This document shows, piece after piece, positions 39,760 through 53,250 of a stretch of 64,000 nucleotides of DNA (positions are counted from its first letter, which is position 1; every line of letters begins with the position of its first letter). The notes beneath the pieces are model-generated. The model had not been told where the DNA came from, searched no databases, and worked only from the letters and a program-made list of their open reading frames with translations. The position numbers were made by a program, and so were the translations under genes. The stretch is from contig JAAOMT010000591.1 of the NCBI GenBank assembly GCA_016748015.1, forward strand, positions 481,050 to 545,049. Direction: 5' to 3'. This stretch comes from Geosiphon pyriformis uo1. Its lineage: Eukaryota > Fungi > Glomeromycota.

Positions 39760-41075
39760 TTATTTATACTTGATTTTTGTTGATCATTTGAGTTGGTATT
39801 ACCATAACAAACAACCAATCAGGTCATTTGTGATATTTCTTGAGTCATGTGCCATAAACAGGACAATCATTGAGGATTGTTCTGGATTGATCTTGAAGAA
39901 TATAAGAACCATTGTTCAAAACTTTGTTGACTATAAAGAGTCCTTTCTACTGGCTAGAAAATTTATTACCATAGACATTGTCTCTGTCTGAACAGTATTT
40001 TAATACCAAGTCACCAACACTTAAAGAAAGTGTTTTATAGGTTTTCTTTTTTTTAAGCTTTTCTTGAAACTGTTTTATCTTTTTAAAAGCAACTATTTAT
40101 GCTTCTACCAATGAGTCAAGAATGGTACCAAGTCTTCTTTGCAAAATGTCTTTGTAATTTCCTATTGTGATTTCTTCAAAGAGTATTGTCTCAATGTCAG
40201 TTTCTATTGGTAGTGTTGCCATTTGTCCATAGAGCAAATAAAAGAGTTTATAACTTGTTATATCATGATTCACAGTTCTATAAGCAAACAAAGCTGAAGG
40301 CAGTACTTTGTCCCATAAGTTTGTTTTTTCATTTGTTTTGGCTAAGGTTTTACATAGTGTTCTATTGAAATGTTCCACTAGGCTATTTGTTTGGAGATAA
40401 TAAGGGAAGGAAAGTTTGTGATGTATTTCTATTTTTCTACAAAGTTCTTCAACCAGTGTACTGAAAAAAGCTCTTCCTCTATCAGATAATAGTTCTTTGG
40501 GGCAGCCATGGTAACAAATGATATCTTCATAAATAAAATTGGCTATTGAGACTGCTGTTTGATTTGGGGTGGCTCTTGCTTCTACCCACTTTGTAAGATA
40601 GTCAGTAGCTGTGATAATATATCTGTTGTCATCAGAAGTTATTGTTAAAGATTCAACAATATGTATACCAAGTCTGTCAAATAGTTGGCCAACAGAGATT
40701 GGATAGATGTTTTCTTTACGATTGGGTTTTCCTCTCCTTTGGCAGGTGTTACAGGTTTTAATGTATTCAGCAATGTCTTTTCCTAAGGTAGGCCAATAAT
40801 AGCGAGCTAAGGTTTTCTGAATTGTTTTAGTCTTTCCAAAATGTTCAGCTAATGGATCAGTGTGCATGTTATAGATTACAATTTTTTTTTCTTCAAATCT
40901 TATGACTCTTTTGGGGCAGTCAGTCTTTTCTGTTTCTTTTATATAGTTGGTTCTGACAAATCAAATAGAAATTTAATTGTTTGTGCAAATGTTCTCTTTG
41001 TTGTTGAGTGTATTTTAGTGGGTATTGTCTTTTACCCAAAAATTCTATTAAGGCAGAATAGTTGTTTAAGTCCAT
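39760..41075 (-). pseudogene. B2 integrase with its own ATG (41075)
   Basis: HTDPLAEH...CNTCQ, SDRGRAF, ORF 40097-40867. Confidence 0.85.
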
Positions 41076-41139
41076 TATTGTGTTTGTCAAAAGGGAAGTT
41101 ACTAATAATTAAGTTGGTTTGGTTAAAAGGTTGTAATTA

Positions 41140-44100
41140 TTGCTAGATAGTAAGTCTAGAGAGAGCATCAGCGTTTTGATGATTAGCTTCTTTGTGGTGT
41201 TGAATGTCATAGTCGAATTTGTCCAAGTGAAGTATCCAGTAAGTTATCTATTTATGTTCCAGCTTTCTTTTGCTGTGCAGCCAAGCCAAGGCTTGATGAT
41301 CTGTTACTACCAGGAATTTAGCACCAAAAAGATATTGATCCCAGTAATTAGTAGCCCAAACCACTGCTAAGCATTTTTGTTCAGTAACTGTATAGTTTTT
41401 TTCTGCTGATGTGAGAGTTCTACTTGCATATGCTATAGCATGTTCTCTGCTATCTTCATTTTTTTGGGAGAAAACAGCACCAAGTCCATAGTCAGATACA
41501 TCAGTGTGTAGAATAAAAGATTGGTCCAAGTCAGATTGTTTGAGAATTGGTTCAGTAACAAGTTTTTCCTTTAGAATTTCAAAAGCTTTTTGTTGATAAG
41601 TGCCCCAGTGATAATTAACATTTTTTCTGAGTAGCTGATTGAGAGGAGTGGCAATTTTAGAGAAATTTTTGACAAATTTGTGGTAATAGAAGACCAAACC
41701 AAAGAAAGAGCATAGTTTAGGAACATTCATTGATTGTCTAATGTTCTGGACTTTTTTAACTTTAGCTGGGTCAGGAAAGATTCCATTTTTTGTAACAAGA
41801 TGACCAAGAAACTGTGTGGATTAGCATCTAAAGAAAAATTTGATTGGGTTTATCTTGAGATCAGCATTTCTGAGCAGATCAAAAACCTTTTGCAAATGTT
41901 CAAGATGTTCATTCCAGGTTTTTGAGTATATCATTATATTATCCAAATAAACTAGAACAAAGTTTTTTTTTACTGATTCAAACACTTTGTCCATTAGGTG
42001 TTAAAAGATGGGAGGAGTGTTTGTGAGACCAAAAAGCATGACTGTAAATTTATAGGTGCCATACTTGGTAATGAAAGCAGTTTTCTTTTTGTTTTTTGGA
42101 TCCATCTCTACTTGCCAGAATCCAGCAGTTAAGTTAATGGTTAAGAAGAAAGCAGCACTATTGAATTTATCTAACATTGCATCAATTTTGGAAAGTGGGT
42201 ATATATCTCTTACAGTGATAGCATTTAATTAGTGGTAATCAACACAGAAGCATAGAGTTCCACCTTTCTTAGATATTACTACAACTGGAAAAGCCCATTC
42301 ACTCTTGGTTTCTTGTATGAATCCAAAATCTTTTATTCATTTTATTTCTTTCTTGATGAACTCATTATTGTGATGATTGGATTGATAAGACTTCAAGTGT
42401 ATAGGTCGAGTTTCTTTGGTGGTAATAGTGTGTTGTATCACATAGATTCTTTTGGGGGTATCACCTTCTTTTGAGATAATTGGGCTATTTCTAGCCAACA
42501 GATTTTCAATGTCAATTTTTTTTTCTTCTGAAAACTCTCATCTTTATTCTATCACTAGTAATTGGATCTCAGGTGGTTCATTTTCAAAGGACTTCTGGAC
42601 TTCTTTCAATTCTTTTCTAGATATCAAGCTGATTGGTTCTCAATCTTTGTAATAGATTAAGCATGATTTGTATTTATTACTTGGGGAATACAAGAGTTTA
42701 TTGCACCAGCACCGGGCACAAGGGCTATGCCACCAATAACTATATTTTGCTTTCTTACCAGGCTTTCTATCAAAAGTTCTTCTAAGTATGTCATAGTAAG
42801 GCCAACAAATCATCTTGCCATTGACATTAATTCCTTCTTTATCTGCTTTAATATTATCTAGTGGTTTGCCATTGCTGGTGAAAATGGTATAGGCAAGTTC
42901 AGCAGTTTCTTTTTGTTCTTCTTGATCTTTTTCTTCATCACTCTCATCATCATCTGATTCATCTGATTGTTCTTCTTCTTGGTTTTGCTTGGTTACTGAA
43001 GGGGTTGTCCAATGGCAGCATTTAACCACAATGGGCTTTTCACCACATCTGATGGTTAATTCACACAGTTTATAATCAAGTAGAGCTTTGGCTTTCTTAA
43101 GCCATTTATTGCCAACTATAATGGTGTATTTTTTGGCTTCAGAAACTTCCATATCAGTTTCAATACTGATACCATTAATGCAAACAAGAATGACTTTGGC
43201 TATGCCCAGATTTTTCTTCTTATTACCATGTACATTGGTCATTGGTCGAATAAAAGATTCATTAATCTTTCTGCCAATTGCTTCTAAAAAGTGTTTGACA
43301 ATAACATTCACAGATGATTCACTGTCTAAAATTAGGTTAATAAAGTAACCAGCCACTTGGGCTTTACAGATTAGAGGTGTGACATTATTATTGTCAGCAA
43401 GTCCAGCTTGACAAGAGCATTTGTTGGTTTTTGGTGTTTTTTTCTTTGAGATTATGGATTTGTGAAGATTTTTTCTGAACTGTGGATGAGTCATTAACTG
43501 GCCAAAAGTTATGTGTGCTAGAATCTCCATGAGATCTTTGACAACTGAATAGTGACCAAATTTTTGTACAATTTCTGGGGGTTTTAACTTTGGAGAATTC
43601 CTGAAAACTTTAGTCTTTGGTGACTCATTGTTATCAGCAGTTAATGTGGATGCTTTGTTTGGATCTAGAACGAAATCAATCTTGGCTTTCTTCTTCTTTC
43701 TTGTTGTTTCTGAAGTGTTAATTGCTAGTTCATCTATGTTATAGTCATCATCAGTTAGATTGAAAGTGTAAAAGAGGTTTTCTTCTGGTTGGCTTGTACT
43801 CTCACCCTTTGGAAGTGCACCTACCAGTTTAAAGGCTGATAAACAGTGGCTTCAACTAGAGGATCCTTTTCAAAGAAATTGATGTTGGCATGATTAGGTC
43901 TTTGATTGGAGGCATTGTTGTTAATAGGTCTGTTGTTTTGATTATCATTGTTTCTGGGAGCTGGAAGAGGTAAGAGAAGGTTGTTGCAATCTCTTGAAAA
44001 ATGTCCAGTTAATTCACAGCAATAGCACACAGATGGGCCACAATTTTGTTGTCTTTGATAAGGTGGTTGCTGAGATTGATTGAAGTGTGGTTCAAATCTA

Positions 44101-45374
44101 GATCTTTGGAGTTGCTGGTTATTTCTGACTGCTTGGGCTAATGGTTCTAATAGCTGAGCAAGATTTGCTGTGAGTCTATCTATTAACTGTTCATTTGGGT
44201 CTTGAGTTTGGGCAGCAAAAGAAATAGCAGTCATTTGGGGAACAGGAACCATAATAGAAGCAGAAGCAAAAACTGGAAGTGTAGATCCAAGATGTATTCT
44301 TTGATTGTCTTCTATTCACTGAGCAAGTTCAATGGTCATATCCCTTGTGGGATTATCTTTTAGGGCCAGAAGGGGCCAAAAAGCATATGAGAGATCAGTT
44401 CTCAATCCTTTTGTAAAGAAATAAATCTTTTGCTCTTCTGTCCAATTTCTACCAGAGTCTATACATTTGATTAATTTTCTGATTGCTTTAGCATATTTAG
44501 TCACGACTTCACCAGGATCTTGGGTTCTTTTTTCTAATTCCATACGCCATTTAGAAATTAAGATGGGAGTTCTAAATTTCATTTCAAACCGGGTAGTAAA
44601 AGAGGTGTTATCTTCTCCAACATTTGTCAGTGTCCATCTAATAATTTTTTGCTGGACATTGACATTGGTTTCTTGGGAAAACCAAGTAGCAGGAGAGCCT
44701 TGAAGGTAGCCACCAATGATTTGAAACTTGTATTTATTATCATATTGGTTTGCTGTGGCAGCTCTTTCAAAATCATCCAACCATTCAATTGGATCTTGGG
44801 CATCACCTCTGAATAATAATAATGAGGTGTTGTTTCTTTGCCCTAAAGCAGTCTGTATACCTTGGAGGGCAATTAGAATGTTTTGTTGCAGAGGGTCTTA
44901 AGCCATTGGTTTAGGTGTAACTGTTTGTATGGAGTGTTCTGATTTACTTGAAAAGAGATCAAAAACAAGAGTGGTTTGATAGCTTTCTTCTTCTGTTTCA
45001 AGAGAAGTTTCTGTTAATTGATGGGGAGCAATCCAAATGTGAATTTGATGATTCAGATATTCAAAATTAGGGGGCTGTTGTTCAAAGATTGCAGAATATA
45101 AAAGCTAATTGATACTGTTGTTTCTTCCTTCAAAGTCATCTTCAAAATAAGCTTGGTCAAAGTAATAGATTATATAAGCTGTGTAAGTTTCAGCTGAATG
45201 TTCATTCAAGAACCAGTTCCAAAAGTTTTGGAATTGTCTGCTGGATTGTTCTTCAATGGGAAAGTAAATCAAGCAGAAAGGCAAAGAATTGAGTTCAATA
45301 AAGTTTAGATTGTTTTTGTTGTGTGCTTTAAAGTGTTCTTCTGATTGTTGTAGCAGGTATAAATAATCACTCAT
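41140..45374 (-). pseudogene. B2 gag, protease, RT and RNase H (degenerate, no dUTPase)
   Basis: ORFs 45105-45374, 44316-44780 (retrotransposon gag), 43821-44252 (CYCCELTGHFSRDC), 42640-43530 (protease), 41248-41730 (RNase H). Confidence 0.88.
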
Positions 45375-45403
45375 ATAATAGGAAACAAAGTGGATTTTAA
45401 CAA

Positions 45404-45420
45404 CCTCACAGGGAGCACCA
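45404..45420 (-). promoter_or_regulatory. PBS of B2 (TGGTGCTCCCTGTGAGG), resembles the complement of an elongator tRNA-Met 3' end
   Basis: TGG motif 6 nt downstream of the 5' LTR end. Confidence 0.7.
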
Positions 45421-45426
45421 CTTTTA

Positions 45427-46091
45427 TGTTATGAGTTGGAGTAACAAGCTAATGAATAGCAAGAGAGAACAGGATTGTAGGGTGATGGAAATAATCAAAG
45501 GGAATTTCAACTTTAAAGAGTGAATTAAATGAGTATGGATTCAATGTGTGAGATCAGTCTCATAAAATATTTCAGTCACTATTCTTTTCAAAGGTAACTG
45601 GAGAATCTGAAGATAGAGGGATAGTCCGTACTGTCAACAATTAATTATCACTGGTATAATTCTATGCCTTATGTCAGCACTCTTAAAATTCAATATTAGG
45701 TATCAACTTGTGCTTTTCAGTCACATTTATTCAAATAATCTTCAAATACTACAATTATATATGTCAGGAAAAGGCCAACAAGTAATCTTTTATCTTTAAG
45801 ATGTTCAGATACTTGAAAGTAGGAAAAGGGAAATTAGCAATAAGAGAAGGATTGAGATGAAAGTTGTTATTTTATTTATTCTTGATTATTTAGATGCTTG
45901 TTATTACATGCTTTTCTACAGCTAAGAGATTCATCATTTATATAGCTATCAAAAGTGGTTAATGATCAAGTTAATGACTAGGTCAATGATCAGGTTAATG
46001 ATCACTTTCTAAAAATAGTGTGGCTAATCATATAACATCAATGGCTAATACATGTGATAATTAATAAGAAGTATAGGTTTTAACCATAGCA
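45427..46091 (-). repeat. 5' LTR of B2 (665 bp, 4 copies of the 12-bp unit)
   Basis: TGCTATGG...CATAACA; followed by the PBS. Confidence 0.92.
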
Positions 46092-46258
46092 ATATTTAAT
46101 TAATTGTTTTACTAATTTATTTGTTTATAAGTAATAAAATAATGATAATAGTCATTTAATATTGAATTACTTACAAATTTTTTGTATTAGATTGTTCACA
46201 AAATATATTTTTTAATTGAATAAAAATTTAATTAGATATTTATATTTGTAGATAATAT

Positions 46259-47116
46259 TATTATGGTTCAAAAATTTAGCAAAAGAATTATAAAATAATA
46301 TAAATTATCCAATTATAATTTAGTACAATAATAATTTTAGAAAGGTAATAATTAACATAATGGTAAGCACCAGCTTAAAATAGCAGTTAATACCAACTGA
46401 TAATAGTGGTAAATACCAAATTGAAATACCAAAAAGAAAGTATTACAATGTGTTTTCTTATAGAACTACAAACATGTATATATACAATAGCTTTAATATT
46501 AAAAAAAACAACAAGTCATAAAACAAATTATAAAAACAAGTTATTAAATAATTTTTCTAACAGTTTCACTTTAATTATCTTCTAATCTTTACTTTTAAAA
46601 TAAATATACACAAAAATTTTTAATAAAAAATAAAATAAAAAAGAATATTGAAAACTGAATTATTATAATCCAATATATTAAAAAACTTACTTATATTATT
46701 TATTGAATGAAATTATCATTCATTAACTGAATCTTTTGGAAGAATAATTCCTGATCAAAATTATTTATATTGTTACTAATTGATAAAAGCTTTGTTATAA
46801 GAATTAAAAAAAGCACTAAAGACCATTAATATTCTGTGTTTATAGATTAGAAAAACACATTAGACAATTGCAAGGATAGCCTTGGAAAAAACTTCAGACA
46901 GCAGATAAATTTCAGTTTAGCCTTTAGGAAGGAGTACATAAACACATACAATAATCAAAAATTGAGAAATAACTTATATTGTAACATTAAAAAAAAAGTC
47001 TTCAGTATAACAGTAATATTATTACACAAATAAAATCAAAGAACTTATAAGAAACTGATTGTAATTAAAATAAAATATCAGCAATTAAAATATACCAAGA
47101 AAACCATCCTGTAACA
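46259..47116 (+). repeat. Solo LTR of family E (858 bp), TSD ATAT/ATGT
   Basis: TATTATGG...CCTGTAACA; interrupts the A3 integrase exactly at ancestral ATGT; second copy at 17130-25431. Transcriptional orientation is assumed. Confidence 0.75.
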
Positions 47117-50100
47117 ATGTTTTTGTAGATGAAGTTTGCTACTAATTTTGTATTTGCTTTTTAAATGACTCTAATTTTGAACTATTTGATAAGATAATTT
47201 ACTATAATTGTGATATAATAATTTTTTTAAGTGATAGTAAATAGTAATCTAATTAAATTAATACTGACTCTGTCAAAAGATTAATTGGATTTAAAAATTC
47301 AATAAGGTAAGTTTCTTTTTTTTTTTGACAACTATTATATAACTTTACATACTGTCAAATGTTTTTTTACATATAAAGCCAAAAATAATGTTCAAGTATT
47401 CTTTGAATTATATTATTTTTTTCTAAATATGCTGATAATAAATTTGTGTATATGTTATAAAAAATGGGTTTTTTATTTTTCTGTATTAATCTAAGTAAGT
47501 TGGTTAGATTTTTACGATTTTGGTAATAAATTTTGTTGTGATAAAGAAAATATTGTTTTAATTAATATTATAATCAATGTTTTTTACTTAAAGACTAATT
47601 TTCTGACATTATAAAAATCTTCAAATAATTTTTAAAGTTATTGTAATTTTTAAAATCTATTGTTTTGTTGCTTTGTTTGTTGTTAAATTGGTAAATTGTA
47701 GGTGTTAATTCTAATTTTGCTTTATTCTTAAAAAATTATTTATATTGATATGTAATTTTTCTGGTTTATAATGAACAATATATTTGTAATTATTTGGTAC
47801 TAAGTTTAAATTCTTTTTTATTAAGCCATTTGAGACCAATATTATTATTAATAATGTTGAATTTAGATTTATTTTAAAAATATTATTAGAAGTACTTAAA
47901 AGCTCAAATAATAGCTGCTGTTTTTAATTTAGTTAAACCATATTTTATTTTAGTGAATTTGAGTATTTGGCTAATATAAAAGATAACTTACTTATTATTA
48001 TTGTTATTTAATTGTAATAAAATAGTACCAAATACTGTATATAAAACATTAATAACTAATTAAAACTGTTTGTTAAAATTTGAATAAACAAAAACTAAAG
48101 CTATTGTCAATTTTGTTTTAAGAGTTTTAAAGACTTTTTGTTGTTCTTTAGTTTATTGATATTAGACATTTTTGTTGGTTAGATAATTAAGTGATTTGAC
48201 AATTTTAGAGAATTTTTTGATAAACTTTTGATAATAAAAAAGTATTTTTTTTAGTTCAGTAATGGTTTAGAAAATTTGGAAATTTTTGACAGCATTAATT
48301 ATTTCTGGATTGAATTGAACTCTATTTTTGTTAACAATGTGTTTAAAAAATATTAAGCTTGTTTTTTTAAAGTGATATTTTTTAATGTTTAACTTTAATT
48401 TTGTTTTTCATAATTATTAAAAAACTTTGCACAAGTAAATCAGATAAGCTTTGAAAATTAAAAAATAAACATCAGTATCATCAAAATAAATAACTACTAA
48501 TTATCATAAAAGTTCTTTATAGACAATATCCATAAGTCTTTAAAATATTGCTGGTATATTATAGAGTTCAAAAAACATTATATTGAATTTGTAATTTTCT
48601 CTTTACATAATAAAAACTGTTTTTAGACAGTTTTTTAAATTTATTTCAACTTGTTAATATCCACTTTTCAAGTCTAAAGTTAAAAAAAACTTGGTTTTTT
48701 CTAAAGTGTCTAGCATATTATTAATTTTTAGAAAAGAGTAGATATTTTTAATTATAATATTGTTAAGTTGGCAATAATTTATGCAAAATCAAAATTTTCT
48801 ATTTTTTTTTTGACTAAAACTATTAATAAGGCCCAAAAATTTTTTAAAAATTGAATAAAATTATTATTGAGCATTTATTGAATTTCTTTTCTAATAAAAT
48901 AATGACTAGTAGGTAAAACTTGATATATTTATTATTATTTTAATAGAATGTGTAAATTTAATGCTGTATAATATTGGTTTTCTCAAGATTATTGTTATCT
49001 TTGGTAAATATATTAACATATTTTGTGATAAATTGTTTTAATTATCTTTGTTATTAGGATTTTAAGAGACTATATTGATTTAAAAAAGTTTTTTTTCTAT
49101 AATATAATAGTTTTTAGTATTAGAAAGAATGTTTAAATTTGGAAAAAAAGTATGTTTCACAATTTTTATAAAATTTAAAACAATTTAAGAGGTTTTTTCT
49201 TAAAAAATATTGTTATGTATAATTTTAATTTCTAGTTTATTTAATAAAACAATCAGGTAATTATTAAGATTGTAAAATATAACTTCGAATTTTTTTATTC
49301 TTTTAGGAATATAAATGTTTGATATTAAGATATCATGTTCTTTGCAAGTCTGTTTATTGAATTCAAAAATTTGTTGAATAATTATAGGTTTTAAATAAAT
49401 GTAAATTTTGTGATGTTTTTTAAAAAGTAAAATAGTAATTGGTTATAAAAGTCAAAAAATTTGGTAAAATTCATTTTTTACATTAAAAGTTATGTTGATT
49501 AAAACTGTAAATTATTTAGTTAAACCAAAACTTTGGGTTTTTTTTTCACTTTTGCTTAATTGTTTTCTTAATATAACTAATTGTAAATCAGAAATATTAA
49601 TTAAGAGTAAATAAATAGCTTGCATAATTTTTTCAGTATTTTTAATTTTAAATGATTTATTGATTTCATTTTGTAATATAATAATAATATTTTCAGTATA
49701 TTTTGTATCTATAACTCCTTTTTTAATGTTGATTCTTTTGCTTACTAATAATAATCAAAAAATTAAACTATTACTTCTGGTAAAATTTTAAAAGCAATTT
49801 TGAGATTGATTTTTGTTAAAAATTTGAATTAAAAGATCAAAATATTTTTTCTTGAATATTATAAGTTATATTTTGTATTAATTTTATAAGTTTTCTTTGG
49901 TTTTATTCCTTAATTATTGTTATCAAAATATCCAAGCTGTATAACAGACTGATTTTCAATAAGATAAATTAATATTGTTGTAATTTTTTTTCTGGTTCTG
50001 GTTTTTCAAATTCGATTTTGTACTTATCATTTTTGTTAAGTAAGAGAATATTAAGTGCATAATATTTTGAATATTATTGATTATAACACATTCTTTGTAC

Positions 50101-52489
50101 AGTTAAATGTTTATTTGTTTTAATTATTAAATTTAAACTTTTTTGGTCAAATAAGTATAACTTGTAATTTGGTAATATGTTTTTACTTTATTTTTATAAT
50201 CAAATCCAGCTAATTCTATTGTATATTCAATTTATTCTGCTTTTTTTATCTGATAAACATCTTTTTAGATGGCTTTGTTAATTAAAATCATGGCAAAATT
50301 ATAGATTATTTTGGTATTGTGTAGATAATAATAAAGTTTATTAAAAGTACTATTATATATTGTATTAAAAAATATTTTTTTTCTAACTTTTTTAGCAATT
50401 AACAGAGCATATTGGCAGATTTAATCACAAATTTTTTTTTATTGCAATATTAATCCAGTTGTATTCTTTTAATAGTAATTCTTTACATATAAGACAAAAT
50501 ATGTTGTTTTATTTTAGGCTGCCAAATCATTCTTAGTAGTAAATATTATAGTAATAGCAGATACAAACTTTATATTTTTTTAGACAATATGCAAGCTCCT
50601 ATAGATAAAAGCTTTTTATTGCAATTATTGTATTTAAGTAAAATATAAGATAGTTGTTTTTTCAGTTTTGGTTTTAAATATGAAATATACTAATTATTAA
50701 CTGATTTGGTTGTAAAAATAGATTGTTGGCTAGTTTTTTTAAGTTATAATAATATTGGTTGTAATATAAATGGTTTGAATAGCTGTTCTGTTTTTTTAGC
50801 CTAATTGAATATTAATTCAAAAGCCATATAAGTTTTAATGATTAGTTTTTTTTTAAAAAAAATTTAAATACTGAAATTTTTTTAAATTGTTTGTTGAAAA
50901 TACTACAAATAACAAATACTTAGATGTATTGTCTTTGGTATAAAATTTTGAGTTTTTGGGTTTTCTAATCTAAATTTACATTGGTTTTAAAAACCAATTG
51001 TTTTTAACAAAAGCTTGGTATTAAAATATATTTATAATTAAAATTTTTACTAAAATAATAATTTTATTAGTTGTAGAAAAAAAATTGTTAATTTCTTCTA
51101 CTGGTGTTTTTTTTATACTATTAGCTATAACAATAACAGTTTGAGCTAATTAGTTAATATTTTATTTGAGTTGTTGTATTAGTTAATAAGTAATGATGCT
51201 TTTAGTTAATTTACTGTTTAAGATTAATTAAATTGGTTTTTTTTAACTTCTGTTTTAGTATATATAATAATAATTGTCTTTTGTTTTATAATAGCTGCAT
51301 TACTAAGCAAGAATAATAATTTATTTGCTTTAAATTTGAAAGAAAAAATATTTAAAAAATTGGCATTTTTGGCAATCTTAACTGGTAAAATAATAAAAGT
51401 ATTGTTAAAAGAGTTTTGTCTTGTTGCTGTAGTTTTATTTTTAAAAAGTGCAATTTGTTAAAAATCTGATTTTTTTGGTATTGTAAGATAACTAAGTTGA
51501 ATTGTATTACCAAATATAATGTTTTCTAATAAATTATTACTGGTTTTAAAAGCAAAACAATAATCTTCTGTTAAACCATCTGTTTTTAAGAACTGAATTA
51601 ACCAAATAAAAACTGATTTATTATTATTTTTTTTAGTTTTTAATATTGCTATTAATAGTACTTGGAAAATTATTACTGGTTATTAAAGATTTATTAAGTA
51701 AATAGTCTCTATTTTAATATTTGATGCTATTTTTAAGATCAAATTATTTTATATTAAGACTGTTTTTTAGTTAATACATAATTTTTTAGATGTAAAATCA
51801 GTTGTAAAAAACAATATAAAGCTCTTTTGTATGGAGTTTACTTTCTAATAGTCTTTAAAAGTTACATTTTTAGTTGAGTTTGAGAGTTTTGTTTGTTTAA
51901 TTATTCTTAAGATTGCCAAATTTTTGGTGGTTTTTAAGTCTGGTTCTTTTTTTGCTATTGTTGTATTGTGTAATATGTTTTTAAATGTATTTATTACTAA
52001 TATTAAAATAGTGCTTAGTGTATTTAGAAAAGTTATTTATATTGTGTTAAAACCTACTAGTATTTAGTAATATATAATTATTTATTTCAAAAATTTAAAT
52101 ACTGCTGTATTTGTTTTAAATTATTGATTAGTTTTATTGAGTAAAAATAGTATTAAGATTTTTTTTTTAATAAATTAAAATAAAACTATTCTGTCTTATA
52201 ATAAGTTTAAGACTAAGTTAATTAACTTTTCTTTTAATTATACTGTTTTTAAAATTAGTAATATGATTTTTGGTAATTGGACTTTTTCTATTCTTTGCTT
52301 ATTTAGTATATATTTGTTTAAAAAATTTTAAGTTATATAAAAAAACAATTCAAATTTTTTACTTGAAAGTTTTTAAATAAATTTATCTTATATTAATTTA
52401 CTTTAATTAAATAAACTTGTTTTTTACAAACACAAAGCTAAATTAAATTTTTTTTTTACTAAATTTTAATAAGTATGGCTTAATTATTA

Positions 52490-53250
52490 TTTAAAAATTA
52501 AAAACAAACTAAGTATTCTAATATTAAATATAGTTTATATACTTTTTATATATAACTAATTATCTAAATTTAAATTATACTATATTAATATTCTAAAAAA
52601 ACTTATCCAAAAAAGATATTTTTTAAACAATTTCAAATAATATAGCACTATTATTAACCAATTCAACCAGTTATTTAGCTATCTTTAAGGCATTAGTTTT
52701 AATATTAATAAGCTTATGTTTTCATAGTAATATCAAATTAGAAAACATATTGTTATTAACTGCAGAAAAATTTACATAAAAGCCAGACATATTAATGTTT
52801 TTATAGTTATACTTAGTTTTTAAAGCAACAATTTTTCATTCTAATTTATCAACTGTTTTGTTAAAAATATTTATATGTATTAAAATTTTATTAACTTTAA
52901 AGCCAAGCACACTAATTAAAACTAAATTTCTATTAACAAACTATTTAAATATAGTAACCAAAAAATCAATTGGCTTAATAATAGATTTAATCAATACAAA
53001 AAGCTTGGCCAAATCAGATTCCAAAAAAACTAACCAAAAAAAACTATAAAGCTATTGACCATTATATTAGCAGAAAAAGCAAAACCAACCAGAAAATTAG
53101 AAACTAAAAAAGGTATAAAAGCAACAATCTTAACATAAGACTTAATATCAATAAAATAAGACACAAAAATTTTAGGAGTTTTATAAAAAAGAGATAAAAG
53201 CACCTTATAATTAACAGCCAAATAATTTAAGTCTTGGTATTTAAAACAAT
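52490..53250 (-). mobile_element. Probable decayed, internally deleted LINE remnant
   Basis: Weak similarity to the LINE 3' UTR near 52530-52570 and to an ORF1-like peptide at 53030-53221. Confidence 0.35.

Larger units (their letters stand above)
38360..46091 (-). mobile_element. Full-length Ty3/Gypsy family B copy B2 (7.7 kb), TSD ATAT
   Basis: Two LTRs, PBS, PPT, gag with CCHC knuckle, protease LILDSES, RT, RNase H, integrase, ORF3; ATAT at 38356-38359 and 46092-46095. Confidence 0.95.
29009..52480 (-). mobile_element. Heavily decayed Gypsy family A copy A3 (gag to 3' LTR, including dUTPase at about 49510-49930), interrupted by LINE L-A, B2 and solo LTR E1; 5' end not resolved
   Basis: Segments 29009-29196, 36106-38359, 46092-46258 and 47117-about 51400 align colinearly with the reverse complement of A1. 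Confidence 0.8.
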
